DNA of 64,000 nt from an uncultured Clostridia bacterium (GTDB lineage Bacteria; Bacillota; Clostridia; TANB77; CAG-508), in assembly GCA_944388045.1 (NCBI GenBank), contig CALXHG010000005.1, positions 5,590-69,589 of the forward strand. Direction: 5' to 3'. Shown piece after piece: positions 47,680 to 57,684 of this stretch. How positions within the stretch are numbered: position 1 is the first letter of the stretch; each line of letters begins with the position of its first letter. The notes under the pieces are model-generated. The model was given only the letters and a program-made list of their open reading frames with translations. It was not told the origin of the DNA and searched no databases. The position numbers and the translations under genes are program-made.

Positions 47680-50196
47680 ATGAAAAAAATAGTTAATAGA
47701 CTAGTTATTTTACTTGCAATTTTTATTGCATTAATATTAGGAATAAATTCAAATGAAGTTATGGCAAAAAATACAGAAGACATAATAATATCAGAAAATG
47801 ATACAATAACACACACAATAAAAGAAATAGTAGAAAAATACAAAGAAACATTACCAAAATTTAATTATAATGAATCAATTTATAAAACAACACCAAGTTG
47901 GGAAAATCCATATTCAGCAGGAAGTATAAAAGATAAAGTAATAACAGATACAATAAACAGACTAAACTATTATAGATGGCTAACAGGTGTAGATGAAATA
48001 AAAATAAATTATGATAAATTAGACAGAAATCAAAAAGGAGCAGTTTTAAGTAAGGCAAATGAAAGCTTAAGCCATACTCCAGAAAAACCAATTGATATGG
48101 ATGATGAATTTTATCAAGAAGCATATGATGGATGTAATGCAAAATATGAAGAAGGAGATACATACTCAGGAAATGTATCTATGGGAGATTTAAGACCTTA
48201 TCAAGCAATAGAGTCCTATGTAAATGAATTATATAATGTTACTCCAGAAAGTGCAACAGGACATAGACAAAGTATGTTAGATCCTACTGCAACATCAATG
48301 AGTTTTGGACATTGTGAAGAATATTCAACAGTATCTATATTTTATGATTATAATAAAGATGTTACAAGTTCAAAATTTTATGCATATCCACCAGCAGGAT
48401 ATTTTCCAAATACAGAAATGGCAGTAAGTGAATATTGGTCAATATATTTTACAGATGAAGTATCTGGAACTGCAAGAGTAAATTTTACATATAACGGAAA
48501 AGTTTACCAAGGAACAGGATTAGTTTTTGAAAAAAATTATCCAGTATTAAGTTTTAGAATGCCTGAGGAATTAGAAAATATTTTAGGTTATCCATATGAA
48601 TATATTCCAGTAGATACAGAAATACAAGTAGAAATATTAGGGTTACAAGATAAAAATTCAAATAATTTAATATATAAATATACTGTAAACTTTTTTGATA
48701 TGGTGGCAGAAAATCCAACATCACAAGATGTAGCAAATTTAATATTTGATTATAAATTTTATGCAGATAAATACCCTGAACTAAAAGAAAAATATGGTTA
48801 TAATGAAACACTATTAAGAAGTCACTGGTTAACAACAGGAATAAATGAAGGAAGACAATCTTCAGCAGTATTTGATCTTGAATATTATGTATATAATAAC
48901 GAAGATATAAAGAAAGCCTTTGGAACAAATTATAATTCAGCATATAATCATTTTATAACAATAGGATTTTCAGAACTAAGACCAAGCTCAAATGAATATT
49001 ATGGAAAATATTATAAAAACAATAATTCAGATTTAAAAAATTTCTCAGCATATAATTTAATGAAACATTATATGCAATTTGGTAAAAAAGAAGGAAGAAA
49101 AGCAACAAATGTAATAGATAAAACACCAATAGGTATAAAACAATACTTACTGGATTATGATATATATACAACATTAAAAAATAACAATGATTTAAAAACA
49201 GCTTATGGAAATAATCAAGAAGCATTAAAAAATCATTGGGAGAGATTTGGAATAAAAGAAGGAAGAAAAGCATCATTAGTATTTGATGCAAAATTTTATT
49301 TAAATAAATATACAGATTTAAAGAAAGCGTTCGGAAATAATTATGCAAAAGCATATGAACATTTTGTTGAAAATGGAATAAATGAAGGAAGACAAGGTTC
49401 AATGTATTTTGATGTAAAATGGTTTGCAGAAAATAATAAAGATATAAAACAAATTTATGGAACAAATTATACAAAAATATTAGAATATTTTGTAACAAAT
49501 GGAATAAAAGAAGGAAAACAAGGAAGTGCAGAATTTAATGTAAAAATTTATAGAGAAAATTATACAGATTTAAGAAATGCATATGGAACAAATTACAAGG
49601 AATATTATAAACACTATATAGATTATGGAAATGCAGAAGGAAGAAATGGATTAACAGAAGTAGTAAGAAAACTAACAGAAATAGAAGAATATTTATATAA
49701 TGAAAAAGTATATACAAGAGCAAATGAAAACATAGCAGAACTATATAAAAATGATTCAACAAAAATAAAAAATCATTGGATAAAATATGGAATTAAAGAA
49801 GGAAAAATAGCATCATTAGTATTTGATGCAAAATATTATTTAAATAAATATCCAGACTTAAAGAAAACCTTTGGAAATGACTATGAAAGAGCATATAATC
49901 ATTTTATAACAACAGGAATAAAAGAAGGAAGACAAGGTTCAATGTATTTTAGTGCAAAATATTATATAAACCAATATCCAGACTTAAAGAAAGCTTTTGG
50001 ATCAAATTATAAAAACGCATTAGAACATTTCGTAATAAATGGAATAGGAGAAGGAAGAGTAGGAAGTGCAGAATTTAATATGAAAAATTATAGAGCAAAT
50101 TATAAAGATTTAGATAAAGCATATGGAAAAGTTTATATAGAATATTATCTTCATTATATGAATTTTGGAATAAACGAAGGAAGAAAGCCTATATAG
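47680..50196 (+). CDS. Secreted protein 2: signal peptide, CAP/SCP domain, 11 copies of the ~42-aa repeat (lacks the N-domain)
   Basis: MKKIVNRLVILLAIFIALILGINSNEVMA signal peptide. Collinear with residues ~490 to the end of protein 1. Repeats span 48745-50193. Confidence 0.85.
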   Translation: MKKIVNRLVILLAIFIALILGINSNEVMAKNTEDIIISENDTITHTIKEIVEKYKETLPKFNYNESIYKTTPSWENPYSAGSIKDKVITDTINRLNYYRWLTGVDEIKINYDKLDRNQKGAVLSKANESLSHTPEKPIDMDDEFYQEAYDGCNAKYEEGDTYSGNVSMGDLRPYQAIESYVNELYNVTPESATGHRQSMLDPTATSMSFGHCEEYSTVSIFYDYNKDVTSSKFYAYPPAGYFPNTEMAVSEYWSIYFTDEVSGTARVNFTYNGKVYQGTGLVFEKNYPVLSFRMPEELENILGYPYEYIPVDTEIQVEILGLQDKNSNNLIYKYTVNFFDMVAENPTSQDVANLIFDYKFYADKYPELKEKYGYNETLLRSHWLTTGINEGRQSSAVFDLEYYVYNNEDIKKAFGTNYNSAYNHFITIGFSELRPSSNEYYGKYYKNNNSDLKNFSAYNLMKHYMQFGKKEGRKATNVIDKTPIGIKQYLLDYDIYTTLKNNNDLKTAYGNNQEALKNHWERFGIKEGRKASLVFDAKFYLNKYTDLKKAFGNNYAKAYEHFVENGINEGRQGSMYFDVKWFAENNKDIKQIYGTNYTKILEYFVTNGIKEGKQGSAEFNVKIYRENYTDLRNAYGTNYKEYYKHYIDYGNAEGRNGLTEVVRKLTEIEEYLYNEKVYTRANENIAELYKNDSTKIKNHWIKYGIKEGKIASLVFDAKYYLNKYPDLKKTFGNDYERAYNHFITTGIKEGRQGSMYFSAKYYINQYPDLKKAFGSNYKNALEHFVINGIGEGRVGSAEFNMKNYRANYKDLDKAYGKVYIEYYLHYMNFGINEGRKPI

Positions 50197-50300
50197 AATT
50201 TTATAGATGCTATAAAAGGTTGAAAAATAAATGTTTTGTATAAACAGAATATTGTTATTTTCCAGCCTTTTAAGAGTATTTAGAAGGGAATGTGATTAAA

Positions 50301-53300
50301 ATGAAAAAAAGAATAATATTTTTTGCTACTTTAACAATAATTCTAAATATAATAATTTTAGGAATAAATTCAAATATAGTTATAGCAAATATAAATGAAA
50401 CTGAAAATAAAACATATTCAATAGAATATGATGATCCATATGATATTGGTACAACGGATTATATTAGAGGAGCATCATATAATGGAAAAAATTACTATTT
50501 AAACGAATATTCTGTTTATCATACTACAGGCGATTTTTCTGAAAGTTATTTTAAAATATATAAGCATAACACAATAAGTAATACAAATACATTAATATAT
50601 GATGCAACAAGTGAGAATGGACATGTACTTGCAACAAATGTAAACAACAATAAATTATATGTATTATATATTACAGATTATTCTTTTTCAGCAGGTTCTT
50701 CAAAAGAATATGATACATGTTATATAATAGGAATAGATTTAAAAAATGATAAATTAATTTTAAAACAAAAATATAATTCTAAACAAATGGATATTTTTTA
50801 TACCTCATTTACTGTAGACAGCCAACAAAGAGCATATTTAGTATATGATTATGACGGATTGCAAGTGTTTGATAAAAACGGAAAAGAAATATTTAACAAA
50901 AAACCAACAGAAGATGCCAAAGAAACAGGAAACTTTATATTTTTAAAAGGTGTAAGTCCAAATGACCAAATATTATTTTTTGAAAAGATGAATCGTTCAA
51001 CATTAACTAATTATTATGCATTAAGTATAGGTGAAGGAATGCAAAAATTAAATAATGGAGTATTTGCAAATCAAGAAGAATGGACTACTTATGGAAGGAC
51101 ATTTCCAAATAATTGGTCTTATAATCCAATATGGCATTTTATAGATGAAGAAGGCAATTATGCAGTAGATCAATATGGAAGATTAGCAAAATTTGATTAT
51201 AATACAAATTCAAATATGATGTGTGATAGAGAATTTTTAATAGATTTAAAATCAACTGTAGAAGATGTTACATATAAACCACTATATCCAAGTGTTGCTC
51301 AAAATGAAAATATAATATATTTGCTAGGAGCAAATAATAATATATATATTATAAACAAAGATACATTACAATATAATCAATATATTGCAACAGGAATAGA
51401 AGAATATAATGAAATATTTAATATAACATATATGAATCAAAGTTTGTTATTACTAAAAAACAATCGTGGAAAATACTATGTTGAACAAATAAAAATTAAT
51501 AATAATAATATACAAACTATTAAAGATACATTGATTACAGAAAATAGTACAACATTACACACAATTAAAGATATAGTAGAAAAGTATAAACAAACATCAC
51601 CAAAATATGATTATAATAAATCGATATATAAAACAACACCTAGTTGGAAAAGCCCATATAAAGCAGGAAGTTTGCAAGATGAAGTTATAACAGATACAAT
51701 TAATAAATTAAATTATTATAGATGGCTAGTTGGTGTAGATGAAATAGGAATCAATTATAATAAATTAGAAAGAAACCAAAAAGGAGCAGTATTAAGTAAA
51801 GCAAATGGCAGAATTAGCCATTATCCAACAAAGCCAAATGATATGGATGAAGAATTTTATGATGAAGCATATGATGGATGTAATATAAAATATGAAGAAG
51901 GAGATACATATTCTGGTAATATTTCATCTGGTATCAGAAAACCATATCAGGTAATAGAAGGATTTGTAAGCGATTTAAATAATTATTCTCTTAATAGTGC
52001 AACAGGGCATAGACAAAGTATGTTAGACCCAAAAGCAACAGCAATGAGTTTTGGACAATGTGAAGAATATACAACAGCATCAGTATATTATGATGATGAA
52101 AAAGATGTAAAAAAATCAGAATTTTATTCTTTTCCATCTGCAGGATTTTTTCCAAATACAGAAATGAAATTAAATGAATACTGGTCAATATATTTAACAA
52201 ATGCAATTTCTGGCACTGCAAGAATTAATTTTACATATAAAGGTGAAACATATAGTGGAACAAATTTAATGTTTGAAAATGGATATCCTGTATTAAATTT
52301 TAAAATGCCAAGTAAATTACAAAAAATTATTAATTCTGAAAATACAAATATTCCTGGTGGAACAGAAATACAAGTAGAATTAGTAGGTCTAAAAGATGAA
52401 AACTTAAATAATATAACATATAGATATACAGTAAACTTTTTTGATATGAAATCAGAAATGCCAAGTTCACAAGAGGTAGCAAATTTAATATTTGATTATA
52501 AATTTTATGCAGATAAATATCCAGATTTAAAGCAAGCCTTTGGATATAATGAAACAGCATTAAAAAATCATTGGTTAACAAATGGAATAAAAGAAGGAAG
52601 ACAATCATCAGCAGTATTTGACCTTAAATATTATGTATATAATAATGAAGATATAAAAAAAGCCTTTGGAACAAATTATAATTCTGCATATAATCATTTT
52701 ATAACAATAGGATTTTCAGAATTAAGACCAAGTTCAAATGAATATTATGGAAAATATTATAAAAATAATAATTCAGATTTAAAAAATTTCTCAGCATATA
52801 ATTTAATGAAACATTATATGAGATTTGGTAAAAAAGAAGGAAGAAAAGCAACAAATGTAATAGATAAAACACCAATAGATATAACACCATATTTACTAGA
52901 TTATAATATATATATATCATATAAAAATAACAAAGATTTAAAAACAGCTTATGGAAATAATCAAACGGCATTAAAAAATCATTGGAAAACATTTGGAATA
53001 AGAGAAGGAAGAATAGCATCAATAGTATTTGATGCAAAATATTACTTAAATAAATATCCAGACTTAAAGAAAGCTTTTGGAAATAATTATGAAAAAGCAT
53101 ATGAACATTTTATAGAAAATGGAATAAATGAAGGAAGACAAGGTTCAAGATATTTTGATGTAAAATATTATTTAACAACATATAAAGATATAAAAAATGT
53201 ATATGGAGAAAATTACACAAAAGCCTTAAAACACTTTGTAACCAAAGGAATAGGAGAAGGAAGAGTAGGAAGTGCAGAATTTAATTTAAAAAATTATAAA

Positions 53301-53402
53301 GCAAATTATAAAGATTTGGTTAAAGCATATGGAAATGTTCATATAGAATATTATCTTCATTATATGAATTTTGGAATAAACGAAGGAAGAAAACCTGTAT
53401 AA
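50301..53402 (+). CDS. Secreted protein 3: signal peptide, beta-rich N-domain, CAP/SCP domain, 7 copies of the ~42-aa repeat
   Basis: MKKRIIFFATLTIILNIIILGINSNIVIA signal peptide. Collinear with protein 1 but missing the last 4-repeat block. Repeats span 52491-53399. Confidence 0.85.
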   Translation: MKKRIIFFATLTIILNIIILGINSNIVIANINETENKTYSIEYDDPYDIGTTDYIRGASYNGKNYYLNEYSVYHTTGDFSESYFKIYKHNTISNTNTLIYDATSENGHVLATNVNNNKLYVLYITDYSFSAGSSKEYDTCYIIGIDLKNDKLILKQKYNSKQMDIFYTSFTVDSQQRAYLVYDYDGLQVFDKNGKEIFNKKPTEDAKETGNFIFLKGVSPNDQILFFEKMNRSTLTNYYALSIGEGMQKLNNGVFANQEEWTTYGRTFPNNWSYNPIWHFIDEEGNYAVDQYGRLAKFDYNTNSNMMCDREFLIDLKSTVEDVTYKPLYPSVAQNENIIYLLGANNNIYIINKDTLQYNQYIATGIEEYNEIFNITYMNQSLLLLKNNRGKYYVEQIKINNNNIQTIKDTLITENSTTLHTIKDIVEKYKQTSPKYDYNKSIYKTTPSWKSPYKAGSLQDEVITDTINKLNYYRWLVGVDEIGINYNKLERNQKGAVLSKANGRISHYPTKPNDMDEEFYDEAYDGCNIKYEEGDTYSGNISSGIRKPYQVIEGFVSDLNNYSLNSATGHRQSMLDPKATAMSFGQCEEYTTASVYYDDEKDVKKSEFYSFPSAGFFPNTEMKLNEYWSIYLTNAISGTARINFTYKGETYSGTNLMFENGYPVLNFKMPSKLQKIINSENTNIPGGTEIQVELVGLKDENLNNITYRYTVNFFDMKSEMPSSQEVANLIFDYKFYADKYPDLKQAFGYNETALKNHWLTNGIKEGRQSSAVFDLKYYVYNNEDIKKAFGTNYNSAYNHFITIGFSELRPSSNEYYGKYYKNNNSDLKNFSAYNLMKHYMRFGKKEGRKATNVIDKTPIDITPYLLDYNIYISYKNNKDLKTAYGNNQTALKNHWKTFGIREGRIASIVFDAKYYLNKYPDLKKAFGNNYEKAYEHFIENGINEGRQGSRYFDVKYYLTTYKDIKNVYGENYTKALKHFVTKGIGEGRVGSAEFNLKNYKANYKDLVKAYGNVHIEYYLHYMNFGINEGRKPV

Positions 53403-53494
53403 ATAAAAATTTATTAAAATAATAATTGTATTAAATTAATTTAAAACTAAAATTATATTATATAGAGAGATTATATACATAGTTAAAATAAAAG

Positions 53495-53532
53495 AATAGT
53501 ATAGATATTGGAAATATTTATACTATTTTTTT
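53495..53532 (+). terminator. Rho-independent terminator
   Basis: AATAGTATA / TATACTATT stem plus a T-run. Confidence 0.65.
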
Positions 53533-53615
53533 GATATATAAAATTTCATAAATTATACAAGGTAAAGAAATATAAAAAATAACCACATTTTTTGTCAAAA
53601 ATACATTAAAATTGG

Positions 53616-53644
53616 TTGACAATATAATTCTAATAATATAAAAT
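53616..53644 (+). promoter_or_regulatory. Promoter TTGACA-N17-TAAAAT ahead of the glycopolymer locus
   Basis: Hexamers at 53616-53621 and 53639-53644. About 200-nt leader. Confidence 0.45.
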
Positions 53645-53853
53645 GTACATGAATGTCAAGAAATATAAAAAAATTTTAGTAAAACTAAAAACAAAAGCAA
53701 AAATTTACATAAAATATAAAAATGTATTGAAATTATGTAGCACATATAGTATAATAATATGTGGTTTTAAAAATTTAAAAATTATTTTTAAAACAGTAGA
53801 AAAAATAGTAAAAAGAGAAGAAGCTATATAATATTAAATAGGGGGAATTTTTA

Positions 53854-54543
53854 ATGAATATTGATATAGTTAATCAAGAACCAGTTAACACTCAAACAAG
53901 TTTAAAGCTTAGAGAAAGACAAAGTATAAAACATAAACAACCATATTTATATTTTAAAAGAGGAATAGATATTGTATTATCATCAATTGCACTTGTATTA
54001 CTATCACCAGTATTTCTTATAATATCTATAGCAATAAAATTAGAATCAAAAGGTCCAGTATTTTTTGGACATAAAAGAATAGGAAAAAATGGAAAAACAA
54101 TAAAAATATACAAATTTAGATCTATGGTACAAAATGCGGAAGATTTGATTAAAAAATTTACGCCAGAGCAAATGAAAGAATATAAGGAAAATTATAAACT
54201 AACAGATGACCCAAGAGTAACAAAAGTTGGAAAGTTTATAAGAAAAACAAGTTTAGATGAATTACCTCAATTAATAAATATAATAAAAGGAGATTTGTCA
54301 ATTATAGGACCAAGACCAGTTATTGCAGAAGAATTAGAAAAGTATGGACATAATATGGACAAGTTTTTGAGTGTGACTCCTGGACTAACAGGATATTGGG
54401 CAGCAAATGGCAGAAGCAATACTACATATGAACAAAGAATGGAAATGGAACTGTATTATGTAGATAATATTTCGTTTAAAATGGATTTAAAAGTGTTTTT
54501 TAAAACAATAGAATCAGTAATAAAGAAAGAGGGAGCAATATAA
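53854..54543 (+). CDS. Small phosphoglycosyl transferase (bacterial sugar transferase, PF02397-type), copy 1
   Basis: One TM segment, KFRSM, DELPQL.N...GDLSIIGPRP. Confidence 0.85.
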   Translation: MNIDIVNQEPVNTQTSLKLRERQSIKHKQPYLYFKRGIDIVLSSIALVLLSPVFLIISIAIKLESKGPVFFGHKRIGKNGKTIKIYKFRSMVQNAEDLIKKFTPEQMKEYKENYKLTDDPRVTKVGKFIRKTSLDELPQLINIIKGDLSIIGPRPVIAEELEKYGHNMDKFLSVTPGLTGYWAANGRSNTTYEQRMEMELYYVDNISFKMDLKVFFKTIESVIKKEGAI

Positions 54544-54667
54544 TTTCTGGTTAGAAAGTAATTGTTATCATAAAATTGTATAAATTTAAACAAAATATTG
54601 AATTTACATAATTTATGATGTATAATATTATAGATTAAAAAGTTTATCTGAGGGGGAAATATGATAA

Positions 54668-55384
54668 ATGGAAATAATGAAAGAAAATCTAAAATATGTT
54701 GCAAAAGATAATTTAACATCATTAGTACCAGAAGATGCATTTGATGTACCAAAAAAATCACAAAAAAAAGCTGATATGTTCTTAAAAAGAACAATAGATA
54801 TATTTATTAGTATTTTTGGCGTAGTAGCTTTATTTCCGCTAACAATAAGTATTTACATAGCAAATATAATATGCAAAGATAAAGGACCAATTTTCTATAT
54901 ACAAAATAGAATTGGACAAAATGGTAAAATATTTAAATTATATAAATATCGTTCGATGGTTGTAGGAGCTGACGATATACTTGAAAAGTATTTAGAAGAA
55001 AATGAAGAAGCCAAAAAAGAGTATCAGGAATATAAAAAACTAAAAAATGATCCAAGAATAACTAAAGTAGGTGAGTTTATTAGAAAAACAAGCATAGATG
55101 AATTTCCACAATTTATAAATGTATTAAAAGGAGATATGAGCTTAGTTGGTCCAAGACCTTACTTAGAGAAAGAAAAAGAAGATATGAATGGTTATTATAA
55201 ATTCATAATAACTTGTAAACCTGGTTTAACAGGATTGTGGCAAATTAGCGGAAGAAGTGATTGCACTTTTCCCGAAAGAATAGATTTGGACATGAAATAT
55301 TACAATAACCATAACTTAAAATCTGATATAAAAATATTATTTAAAACAGCTATGAAGATTATAAAAAGAGAGGGAGCTATATAG
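54668..55384 (+). CDS. Small phosphoglycosyl transferase (bacterial sugar transferase), copy 2
   Basis: Same architecture: KYRSM, DEFPQFINVLKGDMSLVGPRP. Confidence 0.85.
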   Translation: MEIMKENLKYVAKDNLTSLVPEDAFDVPKKSQKKADMFLKRTIDIFISIFGVVALFPLTISIYIANIICKDKGPIFYIQNRIGQNGKIFKLYKYRSMVVGADDILEKYLEENEEAKKEYQEYKKLKNDPRITKVGEFIRKTSIDEFPQFINVLKGDMSLVGPRPYLEKEKEDMNGYYKFIITCKPGLTGLWQISGRSDCTFPERIDLDMKYYNNHNLKSDIKILFKTAMKIIKREGAI

Positions 55385-55468
55385 GGTTAAAGCTATGGTA
55401 TTTGAAATTTTCAAAATATACATAGCTGTTTTTATAAAAAATAAGCATTTAAAGAAAGGTTAACGAAA

Positions 55469-56548
55469 ATGTCAAACAATTCTAATTGTATGTTTTCAAT
55501 AATAATTCCTGTATACAATGCAGAGAAATATATAGAAACAACAGTTAAATCTATATTGAATCAGACTTACAAAAATTTTGAACTACTATTAATAAATGAT
55601 GGTTCAAACGATAATAGTAAACAAATTTGTGAAGAACTTTCAAAAAAAGATTCTAGAATAAGGTTCTTTGATAGAGTAAATGAAGGTGCGTCAAAAAGTA
55701 GAAATTATGGAATCGAAAAATCAAGTTTTGAATATATTTGTTTTTTAGATGCGGATGATTATGTTGAGAACAATATGCTTCAGGAATATGTTAAAATTCT
55801 TGAAAAGTATAAAAATGTTGAAATGATAACTTGTGGATTTTTTTCTGAAATTCTTGATGAAAAAAATCGAAAAAAATCACAAATAGATACTATAAATTAT
55901 ACTGAAAAGTATTATAGTACTTATAAAGAGCTGAAAGATGATTTTGTTACTTTATGGGATAAGGCAATATTGTATAATGTATGGAACAAAGTATATTTGA
56001 AAAGTATAATAAAAAAGTATAATATAACATTTATACAAGCTACGTTAGGCGAAGATGTTTATTTTAATCAACAATATTTGCTAAAAATTAATAGCTTATA
56101 TAATACTAATAAATGTTTTTATCATTATGTTAGAGGAAGAAGTAGTTCAATTACAGGACAATACATTAAAAATTTATTTGATATAAGATTAGAAGAAAAT
56201 GTTAAATTAAAGAAATATTTTAAGCAATTTGGATTAAAAAAAATAGAATATGAAGAATTTTGCGCTAGAAGATATATTGAAAGAACATTAGGATGTATTG
56301 AAAATCTATTCAATTCTCAATGTGAGCTAAAATTTAAAGATAAATATAATGAAATAAAGAGAATTATCTATAATGAATCAACATTAAGAGATTTAAAAAA
56401 GATGAAACCGAAAAGTCTTAAAATAAAAATATTGTTAATTCCATATAGAATAAAATCAGTTCCATTGGCTTTTATAATGGGTAAGATGTTGGCTTTTTGT
56501 AAAATTAAATTACCTAAATTATTCAACTTATTAAAAAATAGGAGATAG
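55469..56548 (+). CDS. Family-2 glycosyltransferase
   Basis: FSIIIPVYNAEKYI...LINDGSND...LDADD. Confidence 0.8.
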   Translation: MSNNSNCMFSIIIPVYNAEKYIETTVKSILNQTYKNFELLLINDGSNDNSKQICEELSKKDSRIRFFDRVNEGASKSRNYGIEKSSFEYICFLDADDYVENNMLQEYVKILEKYKNVEMITCGFFSEILDEKNRKKSQIDTINYTEKYYSTYKELKDDFVTLWDKAILYNVWNKVYLKSIIKKYNITFIQATLGEDVYFNQQYLLKINSLYNTNKCFYHYVRGRSSSITGQYIKNLFDIRLEENVKLKKYFKQFGLKKIEYEEFCARRYIERTLGCIENLFNSQCELKFKDKYNEIKRIIYNESTLRDLKKMKPKSLKIKILLIPYRIKSVPLAFIMGKMLAFCKIKLPKLFNLLKNRR

Positions 56549-56557
56549 GAGTAAAAA

Positions 56558-57670
56558 ATGAAAAAAGTAGATATAATAACATTACATAGAGTTGTAAATT
56601 ATGGTTCAGTATTGCAAACATATGCATTACAAGAAAAAATAAAAGAAAAAGGTTTTGAAGTAGAAACAATTGATTATTATCCTGAAAGACTACATATGAT
56701 TGGAATGCTAAAAAGATTAAAAACAAAAAAAGAAATTCTTAGAAAAAATCCTATTGTTAGACTAGGGGCTCAATGTGTAATATTACCATCATATATTCAA
56801 CGTTTTGCTATGTTTAAAAAATTTTTAAAGAAATATATAAAAATGACAGAAAAAACTTATTTTACAAAAGAAGATATAGAAAAAGATATTCCACAAGCAG
56901 ATATATATTGTACAGGAAGTGATCAAGTGTGGAATAGTGATTGGAATGAAAAGATAGAATATCCATTTTTCTTAGATTTTGTACCAGATAATAAAAAGAG
57001 GATTTCTTATGCGGCTAGTTTTGGAAAAAAATCATTAACTGAAGAAGAAATACCAGAAACAAAAAGATTGATTAATAAATATAAATATTTATCTATGAGA
57101 GAGCTTTCAGGAGTAGAAATTTTAAAAAAACTAGGAAGAGATGATGGAATTAATGTTTTAGATCCAACTTTATTATTAAATAAATCTGAATGGTTAAAAA
57201 TAGCTTCAAACAAATATGTTGGGAAAAAGTATGTTTTGATGTACAATTTGAATAGAAATAAAAAAATATATAAGTATGTGGAAAAATTAGCCAAAGAAAA
57301 GGGATTAGATATCTACTATATTAGTTATAATTTACATGAATGCTTTCATAAAGGAAAAATGAAGTGTAATGTAAAAGTTGAGGACTTTTTATCACTTATT
57401 GCAAATGCAAGCTATGTGGTTACAGATTCATTCCATGCTACAGCTTTTTCAATTAATTTTAATACACCTTTTATGATTATATTTCCAGAAAAATTTAGTA
57501 CAAGATTAGCAAGCATACTAGAAGTTACTGGATTACAAGATAGGATTGTAAAAGATTATAATAATATTGAGTTAGCAGATAAAAGAATTGATTTTACACA
57601 TGCAAACAAAATTTTAGATGAAGAGAGAAAAAAAGCTTCTCTATACTTAGATAAAGCATTAAATGATTAA
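56558..57670 (+). CDS. Polysaccharide pyruvyl transferase family protein
   Basis: ITLHRVVNYGSVLQTYALQ N-terminus and ...TDSFHATAF motif, typical of PF04230-type enzymes. Confidence 0.75.
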   Translation: MKKVDIITLHRVVNYGSVLQTYALQEKIKEKGFEVETIDYYPERLHMIGMLKRLKTKKEILRKNPIVRLGAQCVILPSYIQRFAMFKKFLKKYIKMTEKTYFTKEDIEKDIPQADIYCTGSDQVWNSDWNEKIEYPFFLDFVPDNKKRISYAASFGKKSLTEEEIPETKRLINKYKYLSMRELSGVEILKKLGRDDGINVLDPTLLLNKSEWLKIASNKYVGKKYVLMYNLNRNKKIYKYVEKLAKEKGLDIYYISYNLHECFHKGKMKCNVKVEDFLSLIANASYVVTDSFHATAFSINFNTPFMIIFPEKFSTRLASILEVTGLQDRIVKDYNNIELADKRIDFTHANKILDEERKKASLYLDKALND

Positions 57671-57684
57671 TATTTGGAGGAGTT

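Noticed and set aside
53581-53768. Possible invertible promoter: AACCACAT at 53581 and ATGTGGTT at 53759 flank the TTGACA promoter.
   Set aside because: The inverted repeat is only 8 bp. No site-specific recombinase gene is nearby. A match of this length is plausible by chance over 180 bp.
53643-53831. 62-aa K-rich ORF in the leader of the glycopolymer locus.
   Set aside because: It has no RBS, is lysine/isoleucine low-complexity, and starts inside the predicted -10 region. More likely an untranslated A-rich leader.
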